Positions 24,401-35,239 are shown, numbered from the stretch's first letter. The stretch is DNA of 64,000 nucleotides from Azolla caroliniana (GCA_043228905.1 JBHGNT010000006.1:7378001-7442000); one strand, 5' to 3'. Translations and numbers: made by a program. Notes: generated by a model not told the origin, from the letters alone.

Positions 24401-25440
24401 TAGTGAGGTGCTCTAAAGGCAAGGAAGAATCAAAAGAGGAGAGATGCGCTTGAACATGTCGAGAATAGATGTCAGCGAGCTCATGCGTGAAATGTATTAT
24501 AGTGCGATGGGTTGGTTTACTAGAGTTGGTGGCGTGGGAGGCGTCACATTTTAGCTCAAAGTATAGGAAGCTATGGTCTGCGCCAATGGGGCATGGGGCC
24601 ACCCGGAAGGAGCTAACCATGTGGGTAGCTTCAGGGCGTCCTATTAGGTAATCAACTGTGCTTTCCCCTCCTCCATGTGGGAAACATGTGAGCTCTTCCG
24701 AGCCCGGCCACTTGGCTAAGCCATTATATATGATCATCTGGTGTCGGCTTCCAAGTTCAAGCAGATGATGGCCAAAGCTTGTGGCGTCCGCACCTTGATC
24801 TTTTGATGTACGTGTTATGCCTAAGGCTAAAGGGTCGACATTCACCATTTCTAGGTTTCTATCCATCTGAAATATTGTGCATTGGCGGGATTGGGTTCTC
24901 ACGTTGAAATCTCCTACAAGGAAGACTTCCCCTTGAGAAGAATATCGGATTATGTCATCCGATAAAGGTTCGTATGGAGAAGGCCCATGTGGCGTTCCTT
25001 CATCAACTATACTCGCCACTCCAGCCATATTATACCGAGATCCTTTCGGGGGGAAGTAACAAATGGCAATAAATATCACCTGATCTTTGCTAGTGAGTAC
25101 TTTCACCCACATAAAACGGGCTTCTGGGTCTTTCTTTAGTATTTCTATCCTACTATGTATCTCTCTCCGAAATAATATCGCAACCCCTCCAGACCCTCTA
25201 GTAGTGTGTCGACGTGAGGTTTGTCTAAAGACAGATTCCCAACGAAAACCATCAACTCGTGGTAATCCTCGATTTGGACTTTGATGTGTTTCTACCAAAA
25301 AAAGTATATCAGATACCCTCAAAATCTCCTCTAGACGGCCAGGGTGTGTCCAAAGTGCACCATTACAATTCCATAAACTCATCCTAAGTCTATTATTTGT
25401 CACATGGGCCACACGCCGTCAATTGGCAGCGCGATCATCT
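21443..25440 (-). mobile_element. 5'-truncated non-LTR retrotransposon (RTEX-like LINE) with a (TTTC)n 3' tail
   Basis: A single long ORF followed on the minus strand by a ~200 bp 3' UTR ending in about five TTTC units (+ strand gaaagaaagaaag at 21444-21464). No ORF1 upstream and no TSD found. Confidence 0.88.
21669..25412 (-). CDS. LINE ORF2: AP endonuclease, reverse transcriptase and C-terminal Cys/His motif (probable ATG at 25382)
   Basis: Endonuclease motifs SLWNCNG, VETH, GDFN, STVDYL, GADH. RT motifs EQAGFR, FVDFRKAFD, GVKQGCPLSP, YADN (normally YADD), YVYLGV. C-terminal RISSHQLEIENGR...RLCRLC...EDEYHFTCKC. Confidence 0.95.
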   Translation of the reverse strand: MAHVTNNRLRMSLWNCNGALWTHPGRLEEILRVSDILFLVETHQSPNRGLPRVDGFRWESVFRQTSRRHTTRGSGGVAILFRREIHSRIEILKKDPEARFMWVKVLTSKDQVIFIAICYFPPKGSRYNMAGVASIVDEGTPHGPSPYEPLSDDIIRYSSQGEVFLVGDFNVRTQSRQCTIFQMDRNLEMVNVDPLALGITRTSKDQGADATSFGHHLLELGSRHQMIIYNGLAKWPGSEELTCFPHGGGESTVDYLIGRPEATHMVSSFRVAPCPIGADHSFLYFELKCDASHATNSSKPTHRTIIHFTHELADIYSRHVQAHLSSFDSSLPLEHLTTELTHILHSAATSSFPYTKDSNHSRVGSMPQNKWYDEDCRELYRQLKVSRLSGTISSVQARKEMRKMTRRKRRAWEASQYWELYHMLMSRDCALAWKRLREPRPQTPIEDPNIWHTYIERLYHVPNQPPIPMPSTPRPTMGTLFTTSRVTKVIKKLQHRKSMDHTGLCAEHIIYARECLAPLLALIFNRALAEGFPPQWAMNTVAPIHKGGDSMDPNTYRTVMIGHTLAKLYGAVMEAELSDYMETLSLRAPEQAGFRRAFSTIDHIFTLRCLIDQTKARKKKLYCCFVDFRKAFDTVPRERLFDRLKSLEIPDDMIWAIYALYEQVSGCVRCPGGLSDCFTSTIGVKQGCPLSPTLFGIYIDEIIDFIARKGGKGVAIGETQVSLLLYADNIVLLSESEHDLQKHLNALDDFCTQRGLVVNLAKTKVLIFHTSSRVRSQCHLILSHKPVEVVGSYVYLGVTFSARSGKFSMTQAAKDRLTRGYASLSLLERQCHHAYFQEPRTKGWLFDSLVTPSLMYASVVWAPGLPSFMWTQLERPLVTMLSRQLRSKSTVPHDIIRAEFSLPPRLVEALFQVVVFIHRIHSQPQDRISRRAFEASRSLYVSGDTSSWYSIVVSWLRANGIDINNLPPLKYNHGTDQTLISHEDRNKVIRQEIWQIYTRYKWITPREPLPSKMVYYKEHFLRFSTLGFITRPRYLDTFLSNALRVAIGQLRISSHQLEIENGRANRVPREERLCRLCHIEIEDEYHFTCKCPTYAEIRAEYQDILGPSPTLSKLLDTPNVKRLGRYILDLKQHRENKLQSANDNPLSIHHHVTSVIFQEQGETMNVDTLTPLGLSLEEAEMQRTTKRPRMLGFKTSQRGVDKIKKIRERELRRLEAMVGVPLTWGPRATSTSQPFDLPLLFERLGWK

Positions 25441-26139
25441 ACTTACTAAGATACGGCTTCATGGAATGTTGTAAAGATCCTAGCAAACAGACTCTTCAGT
25501 GGTCTTATGATTTCGATGGCAATAATTCATCGACACCAACCATTGGAATTCATTGACAAAGTTTCGATCAAATGGCAAGGATTTCTAATGGTGGTAGTTT
25601 GCTAATCAAAATGAGAGACAAAATGCTTAGAAAGATATGTGGCATAGACTCCATTAATAAAGGTCATTGGTGGTAATTCCTTGATTAATATGGATGTTAA
25701 AGGTGGCTGGATTGTTGAAGCTACATGATTGTTCAAGAGGTTTTTACTTCAGTATGTTGCAATATTCATTGTAATAGTGGATTGTTTTGTATATTGACTT
25801 CTTTAATACCAAGGGATGTCCTCTTTGCTAAAGTGGAACGTGATGGGTAATGTGTCTTCGAACACTCACACAATGACCACACTAATTGCACATTCATACT
25901 TATTCAAAAAGCACACTAGGAGATTGAAGTGCAAATTCCAATGCTTAATACCCAAGGAAAACTTCAACCTCAATTGATTGAGAATACCAAGCTCAAGGGT
26001 CTTTAGTAACTAAGTTGGACTTCCTAGGTATGAGTATAAAGAGGGATAAGTAGCAATGTTTGCATTGAAATTTGTTTAAAAGGTTCAACATGAATATGCA
26101 AAAGCAATAAGTGTAGTTTTTTAAGCATGTGTCAAATCT

Positions 26140-26830
26140 GAGTAAAAAATACAACCCAAAAGTTTATCCAATTGTCAATGTAATGAAGGTTCCATATGCT
26201 TCACCTTGTGATTCTTTTATCTATGCCATGGTTGCTACAAGACTAAACATTGCACATATAGTGGGAGTTGTGAGCAGTTTCATGGCTAATCCTAGCAAAG
26301 CACATTTATCAAGTCAATCATTAGATATTTGAAGGGGACAAAAAGTAAATGTCTATCTTTTGGAAAGTATCTAATGGAATTACATTGATGTTGTGACTTT
26401 GATATAGAAAATTATCTAGACACATGCAAACCCAACATCAGATATTTAATTCCACTTATAAGTGATGCAATTTCATGGTGTTTCAAATTGTAGAGGATTG
26501 TTGCATTATCTACTTTTGAGGCTGAATATGTTTCAACACCGAGGCTTCCAAAGAAATGTTGTTGGTGTGTCTTTGCAACACATTTGTTCATGCTTAGAGG
26601 ATAGTAGTCCTATATTGTGACAGTTAGAGTACCATGTGTGGGCTCACAAATGCCATGTTTCTTGTACATACAAAGCACCTCAATGCACAATATCACTTCG
26701 TCAAGAAGGACCCATCCCATGGCATAAAATCAACAATATACTAAATCTAGAGATGGTCTCACCAAATGCCTCGTGGAGGCACAACATCAACATTGTCTTG
26801 AGCTAGTGGGAGCATCCTTGGCCCTTTAAG
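26140..26830 (+). mobile_element. Ty1/copia RT-RNase H remnant
   Basis: VPYASPCDSFIYAMVATRLNIAHIVGVVSSFMANPSKAH matches the copia RT C-terminus. It is followed by ISW...VALSTFEAEY, LYCDS and HTKHLNAQYHFVK of RNase H, with stops. Confidence 0.85.
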
Positions 26831-27384
26831 TAGGAAGTAGTTCTATATGAAGGCCTACGAACTCTCCCATGTACATTTATAAAGGCTATAACTTTCTTGA
26901 GAATTTCTTGGAAATATTTAGATCACTTGGCCCTAAAATCACATTGAAATACTATTGCCCTTTAAAAATGGATTATTTGGGGGCTCCAAAAACCTATGTA
27001 CATTTGTTTCTTCTTTTCGTAAATAATGCCTTTCATTACAAAAGAAAACATACCATCTCTAACTTATAACAAACTTTACTTGCACAATCGGCTTTCTCCA
27101 TGGTTCAAATTTTGTGACTTCTCTAGCGTTGTCAGTTGCAAATTTTGTATATTTGAATTGAACCATAGCCCCCAATACCTAAGAATTCAAAAATAATTTG
27201 GAAATTATGGGGCATCACTCCACTATTCTCCATATGTACAAAAACCCAATTGAATGAAGATAATCTTACTCCCATCAAAGATATCCACACTAAATTGAAT
27301 ATATATGTACCTTAAAACCATTGTAGCCATCAAGCACAAAAGAAATCAATGTCTACAATGTTCAAAATCCACTTAATAAAATTA

Positions 27385-28299
27385 TGCCAATTACTTTTAA
27401 CAATCATATTTCCAAGCTTAATTCATGTTTCTCAATTAAGTCTTCAAGGGCCATCTGATGCAAGTGAAGAAGCTAGAGCTCGATTCCTTCGGAAATGGAG
27501 CGGTTCGCCGATGCTGCAGATACTGGATGGTAAAGTGAAGAGGAATTATCAACCACCGCGGTGGCTGTTCCCTCCAAGTGTTCCTAACATCTAGATGGGT
27601 GTTGCCATGAGGAGCAAATGGAGGACATCTATGCTGAATTCTGTTTTGTATGAGGCTCACGTGGAGAATATGTGTTTGAGTAATGCTATACACATAGAAT
27701 GATGTGGTGTTTTGGAGTTGTTTTTTTATGTTGTTTCATCTTCACATTGTTTTCCTTTGACATGCAAGATGTCTTGTAAGATATGAGTTGTAAATGATTC
27801 CTTTGTACATTCTTAACTAATGGAAGTAGATGTTTTTTTGGAAAAAAGAAAGAAAGTATGCCACCATTTCCGAATAAGGTTGTACACCTTTAAACATCAA
27901 TCAAATGAGAGGAACCACCATAAGCTCATATAAATTTAACATTGATGCCCCACCAAGACATTTACGAACACAAACATGATCCCATGCTAACCATACAAAC
28001 ATTGGTATTGAGTGTGGCACCATTTCAAGAACTTTCTTCGTCCATGGTTGCCAATTACTTTTAACAATCATATTTCCAAGCTTAATTCATGTTTCTCAAT
28101 AAAGTATGCCACCATTTCCGAATAAGGTTGTACACCTTTAAACATCAATCAATTGAGAGGAACCACCATATGCCCATATAAATTTAACATTGATGCCCCA
28201 CCAAGACGTTTACAAGCACAAACATGATCCCATGCTAACCGTACAAACATCTATATTGAGTGTGGCACCATTTCAAGAACTTTCTTCGTCCATGGTTGC
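27385..28299. repeat. Tandem duplication of a ~249 bp unit, first copy interrupted by an insertion
   Basis: Structure X-[insert]-Y-X-Y. X is TGCCAATTAC...TTCTCAAT (27385-27436; ~28049-28100). Y is AAAGTATGCCACC...CCATGGT (27853-~28048; 28101-~28299). Confidence 0.92.
27437..27852 (+). mobile_element. 5'-truncated L1-like retrocopy (ORF2 C-terminus, 3' UTR, A-rich tail)
   Basis: Absent from the duplicated copy. Encodes SLQGPSDASEEARARFLRKWSG...YQPPRWLFPPSVPNI*, then a T-rich UTR and GAAAAAAGAAAGAAAG. Confidence 0.7.
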
Positions 28300-29471
28300 A
28301 AAGGAAGATAATAACATCTCATGAGAACCATAATTAATTGGACCACCTTAAGTTGTACATGAAAATGTTAGAATTGGGACCTCCAATACATAAACTTATC
28401 CTCCATGTTTTTAAATACTCACTCAATGAGTTTTACGTGAGAGATTTCCACCTCAATTGGATATCCATGGTGACAACAAATCATTTCACAATGCACTATC
28501 TTCCCTTGCCACCTCAACCCTAACACATTGTATTGTGTACATGAAATGTTGACAAATTTATGAATATGAATTCTCAACCTTCAAGCATTTGAAAACATTT
28601 TCTATACATCTTTGTATTACTGATATTTTCACGATTAGGTGCCAAAAGCATGGTATGGTCATCAACATGAGCTTGAACAATAAATGGCCTCCCTTATGGC
28701 AACCTCAGTCCAAGGAATTCTTGCTCCACAACCCTCAAAATTAGTAGGAAAAGACACATGGTACAATTGGCTTTTATTCAATTTCTCTTAGAGAGTTCAT
28801 GGACAATATTACGCCACCTTATGTATGCTAAGTCTATAGAAGAGTATTAGGATCATGTTCAAAATGAGACATTGCAAGCTAAAATGCAATGGCCAATGTA
28901 TTATCATTACAATTGAAATGTATATAAGGGATGGTGGATCTCATATTGCACGTGGGGGGGCATTTAGTGGATATTGTGGATTCACGCTAAATGGAGGGAT
29001 CGAATTGAGGATGTTATAAATATTGTAATGTTAAATGGTTCCTACTAATATTCACACAATGTTTGAGAAAGAAAGAAAAGAATTTCAATTTTTCCAATAT
29101 TATATATAACATCTTGTGTATGGTAGAACAGAGTGATAATTTAAGGTCTACCTCCTCCCAATGAAGCACAGAAACAAGTTGCTGAATGTGACTAGCATTT
29201 TCTCGGAGAAGGTTGAACAGCAATTTAATTTTATCTCGATGATACTCTATAATGTTGACGAATTGCAGAATCCCAGAGGTGGGCATAATTCTTTCGTCAT
29301 TAAATAAGTCTTCTTCCTCTTGGACTTACCTCAGTAATTCAACTTTTATAAATTGTTGGGTGTGGTGATTCCCCTTCCTCCCCCTCACACACTCAAGGCA
29401 ATCTTTTTGAGAAACTTTGATAATGCATGTACGTGCATAAAAATATATGTCATAAGCACAAAGTTAATGCT

Positions 29472-32400
29472 CTAGTTGTATAAAATTGCCTCATTCAAAC
29501 ATAATTTAGCAAGCTCCATATTGCCCCATTTTCTACAAGCACAAATAAGTGTAAGCCAAACTGAAGAATCACGATATGAACAACTCATCATGCTCATTAT
29601 GGAATTGGCCTTATCAAAGTTCCCCATAGATCCAAATGTCACAACCATGCATGTGTAGTGTTCTATGGTTGGTATAATACCATATTGTGTGATCATTTTC
29701 TCAAAAAGCATTTGAGCTTCATCCGGTTTTCCTGAATGGCTATATGCATTCATCAAACAAAGGAAGATTACCTCATTTGGAGAGACTCCCTCCATTTGCA
29801 TTTGTATAAAAGCATTCAGTGCTTTATGTGTTTGCCCTTGTGTAGCATACCCTCCTATCAATGCACCCCATGATATCACATCTCGTAAAGGAAGACTTTC
29901 GAGCACTTCTTGTGCTTTTCCAAGCATCCCACACTTTGCATACATATCAATCAATGAATTTCCTAGCCCTATATGTTTTCCCAAAAAGCCCCCACCCACA
30001 ACTTCATTGTGAATTTGTTTGCCTTTTCCAACAGCTCCTGTGGTGCTGCAAGCTTTTAACACACCAATGAAGGTGATTGCATCTGGAGATAGACCCTCCT
30101 CCCTTTGCATTCTTCGCAAAGAATTAAAAACTTGATGAATCTCACCTTGCTTGCCATATGAGGATATTAATACATTCCACATGACTAGATCCCGAAAAGG
30201 AAGACCATCTAACACCTTTTGCGCTTCAGAAAGTTCACCACATTTGGCATACATTTTTATCACAGCACTTCCAAGGACAATGTTTCTTCTTTCTAGTGAG
30301 CCCCTCTGAACAATCGCATCATGGATTTGTCTTCCCTTCTCAAAATCTGCTCTTCCACTACAAGCATCAAGAACACAAGTGAATGTGAACTCATTGGGAG
30401 AGAATTTGTCTCCCTGCATTTGTTCAAAACATTTTAAAGCTTCACGGGTTTGCCCTTGTTCAACATATTGTGCAATTAATGAAGACCAAGTGATTAAATC
30501 CCTATCGTGAAGTTCTTTGAGAAGTACCTCATATGCTTCTGCAAGTGCGCCGCATTTAGCATACATATCCACTAAAGCATTTCCAAGCACAACATTTTCT
30601 TCAAGCCATCCCCTAATGACAATCATATTATGAATTTGTTTTCCCTCTTTAATATCTCTAGTACCACCACACCCCTTGAGGATGCTAGTAACGGTGACCT
30701 CATTTGGAAATATGTTCTCTCTACGCATCAATTTAACACATTTCATTGAGTCATGCCCTTCCCCCACTTCTGCATACCCCCAAATAAGTGCATTCCAAGA
30801 GACGATGTTCCTTGTAGGAAGCTCATCAAACACTTGTTGTGATTTTGCAAGCATCCCACATTTAGCATACATATCCACCAATGCATTTCCAAGTCTGATA
30901 TCTTTGGTCAAGAGATCCCGCATGACAATCTCCTCATGAATTTGTTTGCCCTTGTCAATAGCTCTAATTCCACCACATGCCTGCAAGATACTAGTGAAGA
31001 TTACCTCATTTGGAGATAAGCCTTCAAATTCCATGCATTGGAACCACTTCAAAGCTTCATGGTCTTCCCCTTCTTGGACATACCCTGCAATCAAAGCTGA
31101 CCATGAGACCACATCTCGAACAAGAAGGTCATCAAACATTTCTTGTGCTTTCCCAAGAACACCAAGTTTAGCGTACATATCCACCAACGCATTGCCGAGA
31201 ACACTATCTTTCTCTAGCAAACCCCTACTCATAATCTCAATATGAATCTCTTTACCATTGTCAATGGCTCCTATATCGCTACAAGTCATTAGGATGCAAA
31301 GCAGACAAACTGCATCGGGAAAAATGCCCTCATTTCGCATTCCTTCGAAACATTTCAATGCTTCACGACCCTTTTTCTCTTCAGCATATCCTAAAATTAG
31401 CGAAGACCAAGAAACCACATTTCGAACCAGCAGATCATCAAACACTTCTAGTGCTTTTGCAAGCATACCACATTTAGCATACATATCCACCAAAGAAGCA
31501 CCAAGATTAGTGTCCTTTTCTAGAAGGCCTCTATCCTTGATCTCTTTGTGGATTTGTTTGCCCTTTTCAATAGCACCTACCTTGGCACAAGCTTTTAAAA
31601 CACAAATGAAAGAGATTGTATCAGGGGCGAGGCCTTCCTTTCGCATTTGCTCAAAACACTTTAATGCTTCATGACCTTTCCCATATTGGGTATATCCTAC
31701 GATTAACGCAGACCAAGGGACCACATCTCGAACCGAAAGATCATTGAGAACTTCTTGTGCTTTTTCAAGCACACCACATTTGGCATACATATCCACCAAA
31801 GCAGTACCAAGCAAAACACTTTTTTCCAGCAAATCCCTAATAATTATTTCATCATGGATTTTTTTCCCTTTATCAATAGCTCCCCTCATTCCACAAGCCT
31901 TCAAGATGCAAGTAAAAGTGACCTCATTTGGAAACAGGCACTCGGTTTGCATTCGGCAAAAACAAGTGAGTGCTCGACGAACTTTTCCCAATTTGGAATA
32001 ACCTGAAATGAGGGCATTCCAAGATACAATGTTTCGCATGGTAAGCTCATCGAGCAGGTCTTGTGCTTTGGTGAGCGCACCATATTTAGCATACATATCC
32101 ACCAAGGCATTTCCCAACATACCATTATTTTTCCTCAACAATCCCATACGAATGATTTCATCATGAATTTGTTTGCCCTTGTCAATGTCTCCCATGCCAC
32201 AACAAGCATTCAAGATACATGAAAAGGTGATTTCATTCGGGCTGAGACCCTCATTTTGCATTTGTTCAAAACAATATAGTGCTTCATGGTATTGGCCATG
32301 TTGGGCATAGCCTGAAATTAATGAAGTCCAAGAGCATACATCTCGATTTGGAAGCTCTTCGAGCACTTCTTGTGCTTCTGCAAGCATAAAGGTTTTTGCA

Positions 32401-32936
32401 TACATATCCACCAATGAATTGCCAAGCAAAATGTCTTTCTCGAGCAACCCTTTCAAGATAATCTCCTTGTGAAGTTCAATTCCCTTGTCAATATCTCCTA
32501 CGCTAACACAAGCTTTTATCATGCACGTGAACATTACCACATCTGGTGAGAGACCCTCAATTTGTATCAATTCAAAAAACATTAGTGCCTCCCAGCCTTT
32601 CCCAATTTGGACATATCCCGAAATCAGCACATTCCAAGTGAAAAGGTTATGAACCAAAAGGTTGTCATGCATGTCTTGTGCTTTTGCAAGCATACCGCAT
32701 TTCACATACATGTGGATTAACGTGTTAGTAACATAAGAATTCTTCTCAAGTAATCCACTACGGAACAGAGCATCATGCAATGCAATGCCTTTATTGAAAT
32801 CCTTGTGTTTGGCACAATCCTTGAGCAATCTCACAAGAGTGAGATCATCCTTAATATTAACCTTTCTAACGACCTTGTTTTTCTCCTTTCCTAGATAGCA
32901 ATGATGTCCAAGTGTTGACATTGCCATTATGTTCAT
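29472..32936 (-). CDS. PLS-class pentatricopeptide repeat protein with truncated E domain and no DYW
   Basis: 1154 aa intronless ORF with ten LVDMYAKCG-type S motifs in repeated triplets, then P2-L2-S2 (PTIEHYTCMV) and E1 (VWLTLICACRKWGNMELA). Possible 5'-UTR intron at 32938-33096 (minus-strand GTAAGT...CAG). Confidence 0.95.
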   Translation of the reverse strand: MNIMAMSTLGHHCYLGKEKNKVVRKVNIKDDLTLVRLLKDCAKHKDFNKGIALHDALFRSGLLEKNSYVTNTLIHMYVKCGMLAKAQDMHDNLLVHNLFTWNVLISGYVQIGKGWEALMFFELIQIEGLSPDVVMFTCMIKACVSVGDIDKGIELHKEIILKGLLEKDILLGNSLVDMYAKTFMLAEAQEVLEELPNRDVCSWTSLISGYAQHGQYHEALYCFEQMQNEGLSPNEITFSCILNACCGMGDIDKGKQIHDEIIRMGLLRKNNGMLGNALVDMYAKYGALTKAQDLLDELTMRNIVSWNALISGYSKLGKVRRALTCFCRMQTECLFPNEVTFTCILKACGMRGAIDKGKKIHDEIIIRDLLEKSVLLGTALVDMYAKCGVLEKAQEVLNDLSVRDVVPWSALIVGYTQYGKGHEALKCFEQMRKEGLAPDTISFICVLKACAKVGAIEKGKQIHKEIKDRGLLEKDTNLGASLVDMYAKCGMLAKALEVFDDLLVRNVVSWSSLILGYAEEKKGREALKCFEGMRNEGIFPDAVCLLCILMTCSDIGAIDNGKEIHIEIMSRGLLEKDSVLGNALVDMYAKLGVLGKAQEMFDDLLVRDVVSWSALIAGYVQEGEDHEALKWFQCMEFEGLSPNEVIFTSILQACGGIRAIDKGKQIHEEIVMRDLLTKDIRLGNALVDMYAKCGMLAKSQQVFDELPTRNIVSWNALIWGYAEVGEGHDSMKCVKLMRRENIFPNEVTVTSILKGCGGTRDIKEGKQIHNMIVIRGWLEENVVLGNALVDMYAKCGALAEAYEVLLKELHDRDLITWSSLIAQYVEQGQTREALKCFEQMQGDKFSPNEFTFTCVLDACSGRADFEKGRQIHDAIVQRGSLERRNIVLGSAVIKMYAKCGELSEAQKVLDGLPFRDLVMWNVLISSYGKQGEIHQVFNSLRRMQREEGLSPDAITFIGVLKACSTTGAVGKGKQIHNEVVGGGFLGKHIGLGNSLIDMYAKCGMLGKAQEVLESLPLRDVISWGALIGGYATQGQTHKALNAFIQMQMEGVSPNEVIFLCLMNAYSHSGKPDEAQMLFEKMITQYGIIPTIEHYTCMVVTFGSMGNFDKANSIMSMMSCSYRDSSVWLTLICACRKWGNMELAKLCLNEAILYN

Positions 32937-34694
32937 CCTGAATTCTCCAATTTATATATAATCCATTAAGAAGATGAGTCATAAATACCAATCTCCAATG
33001 GAATGCATTTCCACCCAAAAGGGACTCTCTCTCTCACACACACACACCCCCACACAAAATAGAACTAACTAGTTGGAGGAAGTGAAATTGACTTACTTGC
33101 TGAAGTAAATGCTTTGTTGCTCGGGAACACAATGATCGCGACATGCATTTCACGCATGCTCTCCCCTCCATCCCCCCATTTGTTCTCCCTAGAGCTTATT
33201 GCAACGCCCTGGACATCTATATGACCCCTTGGACGAGAGAGATTGCATTGAAAGCTTTTTTAGACCCATCTCTTTCTCTTCTAAGCACTCTCTCTTCCCT
33301 CTCTTCTTTCTTAACACAAACAAACTACCAAACTGACCTTTCTAGACTCTCTTGCCACTAGTTTGGGTGAACTCTTTGGTGGCGGTAGGTTCGGGTAACT
33401 AGCCGCAACTGTGAATCTTCTATGGAGTGGACATTCGTGATGGTGCCCAAGGACCTATGCCGAATCGATAAAGCTTGTCTAGGAGTGGGTTTTCAATCAC
33501 ATTGGATCGCAATAGGCAACTAGATTTCTTGTGTTTGTCGGTGATGTTGTTCAATTGTTGTCTAATAAAGAGTGACTAGTTGTAGAGGTATTGTAATTTT
33601 GGTTCTTCGATCACGACAGTTAACAATTGTGATTGATGCACCTTCAATATATCAAATTATGCGTAGTATGCATCACATATTTGAAAAAAAGGGTATTTGT
33701 CAATGAGGGTCAGGGTGCAACTATGAGGAACCGAGGAGGATGTTATATGTTATCCGTGGGACAAAGAGGCAATAAGTGTGAAACGAATCTAACAAGTAGG
33801 TAAGGTAGGAGGAAAGAACCTGCCAAGATTGGAGGCTGAAAATGAGAAAAGTAATTGGAGCGTGCCCAAGAAGGGACCCGGGATAAGAGAGGGGAAAAGG
33901 GAGATCCCATGTTTGAGAGAACACCTTGTAAGTCTATTTCTGTCAGAGAGTGAATAGAAATCTCGGTTGTGGGTTGTGTAATCATTTTATCTTAATCTTA
34001 TAATATACATGATGTGGGTCTAATCTATTCGTGTCATCAACTATTCATCTATATTGTTGATTTTTGTCCCCGTGTTAAGTGCAAATCGTAAGCTGGATTG
34101 TGGCAAGCAGTTTTCGTACTCGATCAACTTGTGATACCCCTCTGTTCCCATTCCTACATAACCACGATTCCTTGACCCGATTACCCTAGGAGTAATTGAA
34201 GGTGTTCTCCCCGAGGAAGGAGGCAACATTATAGAGTCCATCGTTTCTTTGTTTATGCAATGGATGATAGGAAAAACATGTTGATACAATGGTTTAACTT
34301 TTAGCACACTTTTCTAATATCTCTTGGCTTTACACATGTTTAAAGACCCATAGATCTAGCATATTGTTTATACTCATCGTTTCTTTGTTTATACCCTTTC
34401 TAATATCTCTTGAATATTGAGGAGCAATGGAGCCAAGGAGTTCCAAGACTATCCATGGCTACATTCAAAAGTTGTATGGATCTATCGTGGAACACAAACT
34501 CAATATTTGGGTCAAGGAATACGGGGAGTTTTTTTTAAGTAGCATATTTAAGCATCTTGAGCTTTCTTTGCACATGGATTTTCATTGACTTAGTTAGGCG
34601 TTTTACTAAAGTTGTGTATCTCTCCACATTGTCTACTTGCGTGGTCACTTCTAGAAACATAATTGCCCCCTTCTTACTAGGAATCAACAATGGC

Positions 34695-34905
34695 TGGTTT
34701 TAGCTTAACCGGGTTTGACCTTGTCCATACCAAACCGGTTAAGCTTTATCAAATTAGAAGTTTTCAAACTTGAGCTGAACCAGTTCCTAAACTAGTTAAG
34801 GCTTAACCGGTTTGACGAACCAATTAAAGCTTAATCAGTTTGCCCCAAAATAGTTCAGTTTAGCTTGAGCCTCGCCAAACCGAGCTCAAACCGGTTTGGG
34901 AACCT
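34695..34905. mobile_element. MITE-like segment with AACCGG/CCGGTT subterminal repeats
   Basis: Clustered TTAACCGG, AAACCGGTT and GGTTTG motifs in both orientations. Termini not resolved. Confidence 0.45.
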
Positions 34906-34929
34906 CCATGAGAATCAAACTCAACTTCC

Positions 34930-35182
34930 CTAGTGTGGGAACACACCATAGTGTGTGAACACCCCACCATCTACTATGTATAGTAACTAGTGTGTCATAG
35001 AATCTTATAGTTCTATGACATATATTAAGTGTAGTTAAGTCTCCACCACCCCTTAGTTAAGAGGTGGTTGTAGAAAGAGAATATAAAGAGGTGACTACAT
35101 ATATAAGCACCTTCCCACCTTATTTGTAACAGTTGGTCATTCTTGTAAGCTTCTTTTGATAATATAGTATTTACTTGTTTTC

Positions 35183-35239
<57 letters not shown>

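Larger units (their letters stand above)
27100..29000 (-). mobile_element. Old degenerate L1-type ORF2 remnant
   Basis: Minus-strand fragments HLLFKAHVDD (YADD-like, ~28690-28660) and RKFLKW...LAWDHVCACKRLGGASMLNLYGHM (L1 post-RT motif, ~28290-28170). Boundaries approximate. Confidence 0.65.

Noticed and set aside
23443-25284. Short ORFs overlapping the LINE ORF2
   Set aside because: Shadow frames without motifs.
21400-25480. Target-site duplication around the intact LINE
   Set aside because: The flanks (GAAAAGACCTC versus ACTTACTAAGATAC) show no convincing direct repeat.
29476-32125. Several 60-138 aa ORFs overlapping the PPR gene
   Set aside because: Antisense or alternate-frame shadows of the repetitive PPR coding sequence.
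33195-33680. Possible solo LTR starting TGCAACGCCC upstream of the PPR gene
   Set aside because: I could not find a matching terminus, TSD, PBS or PPT.
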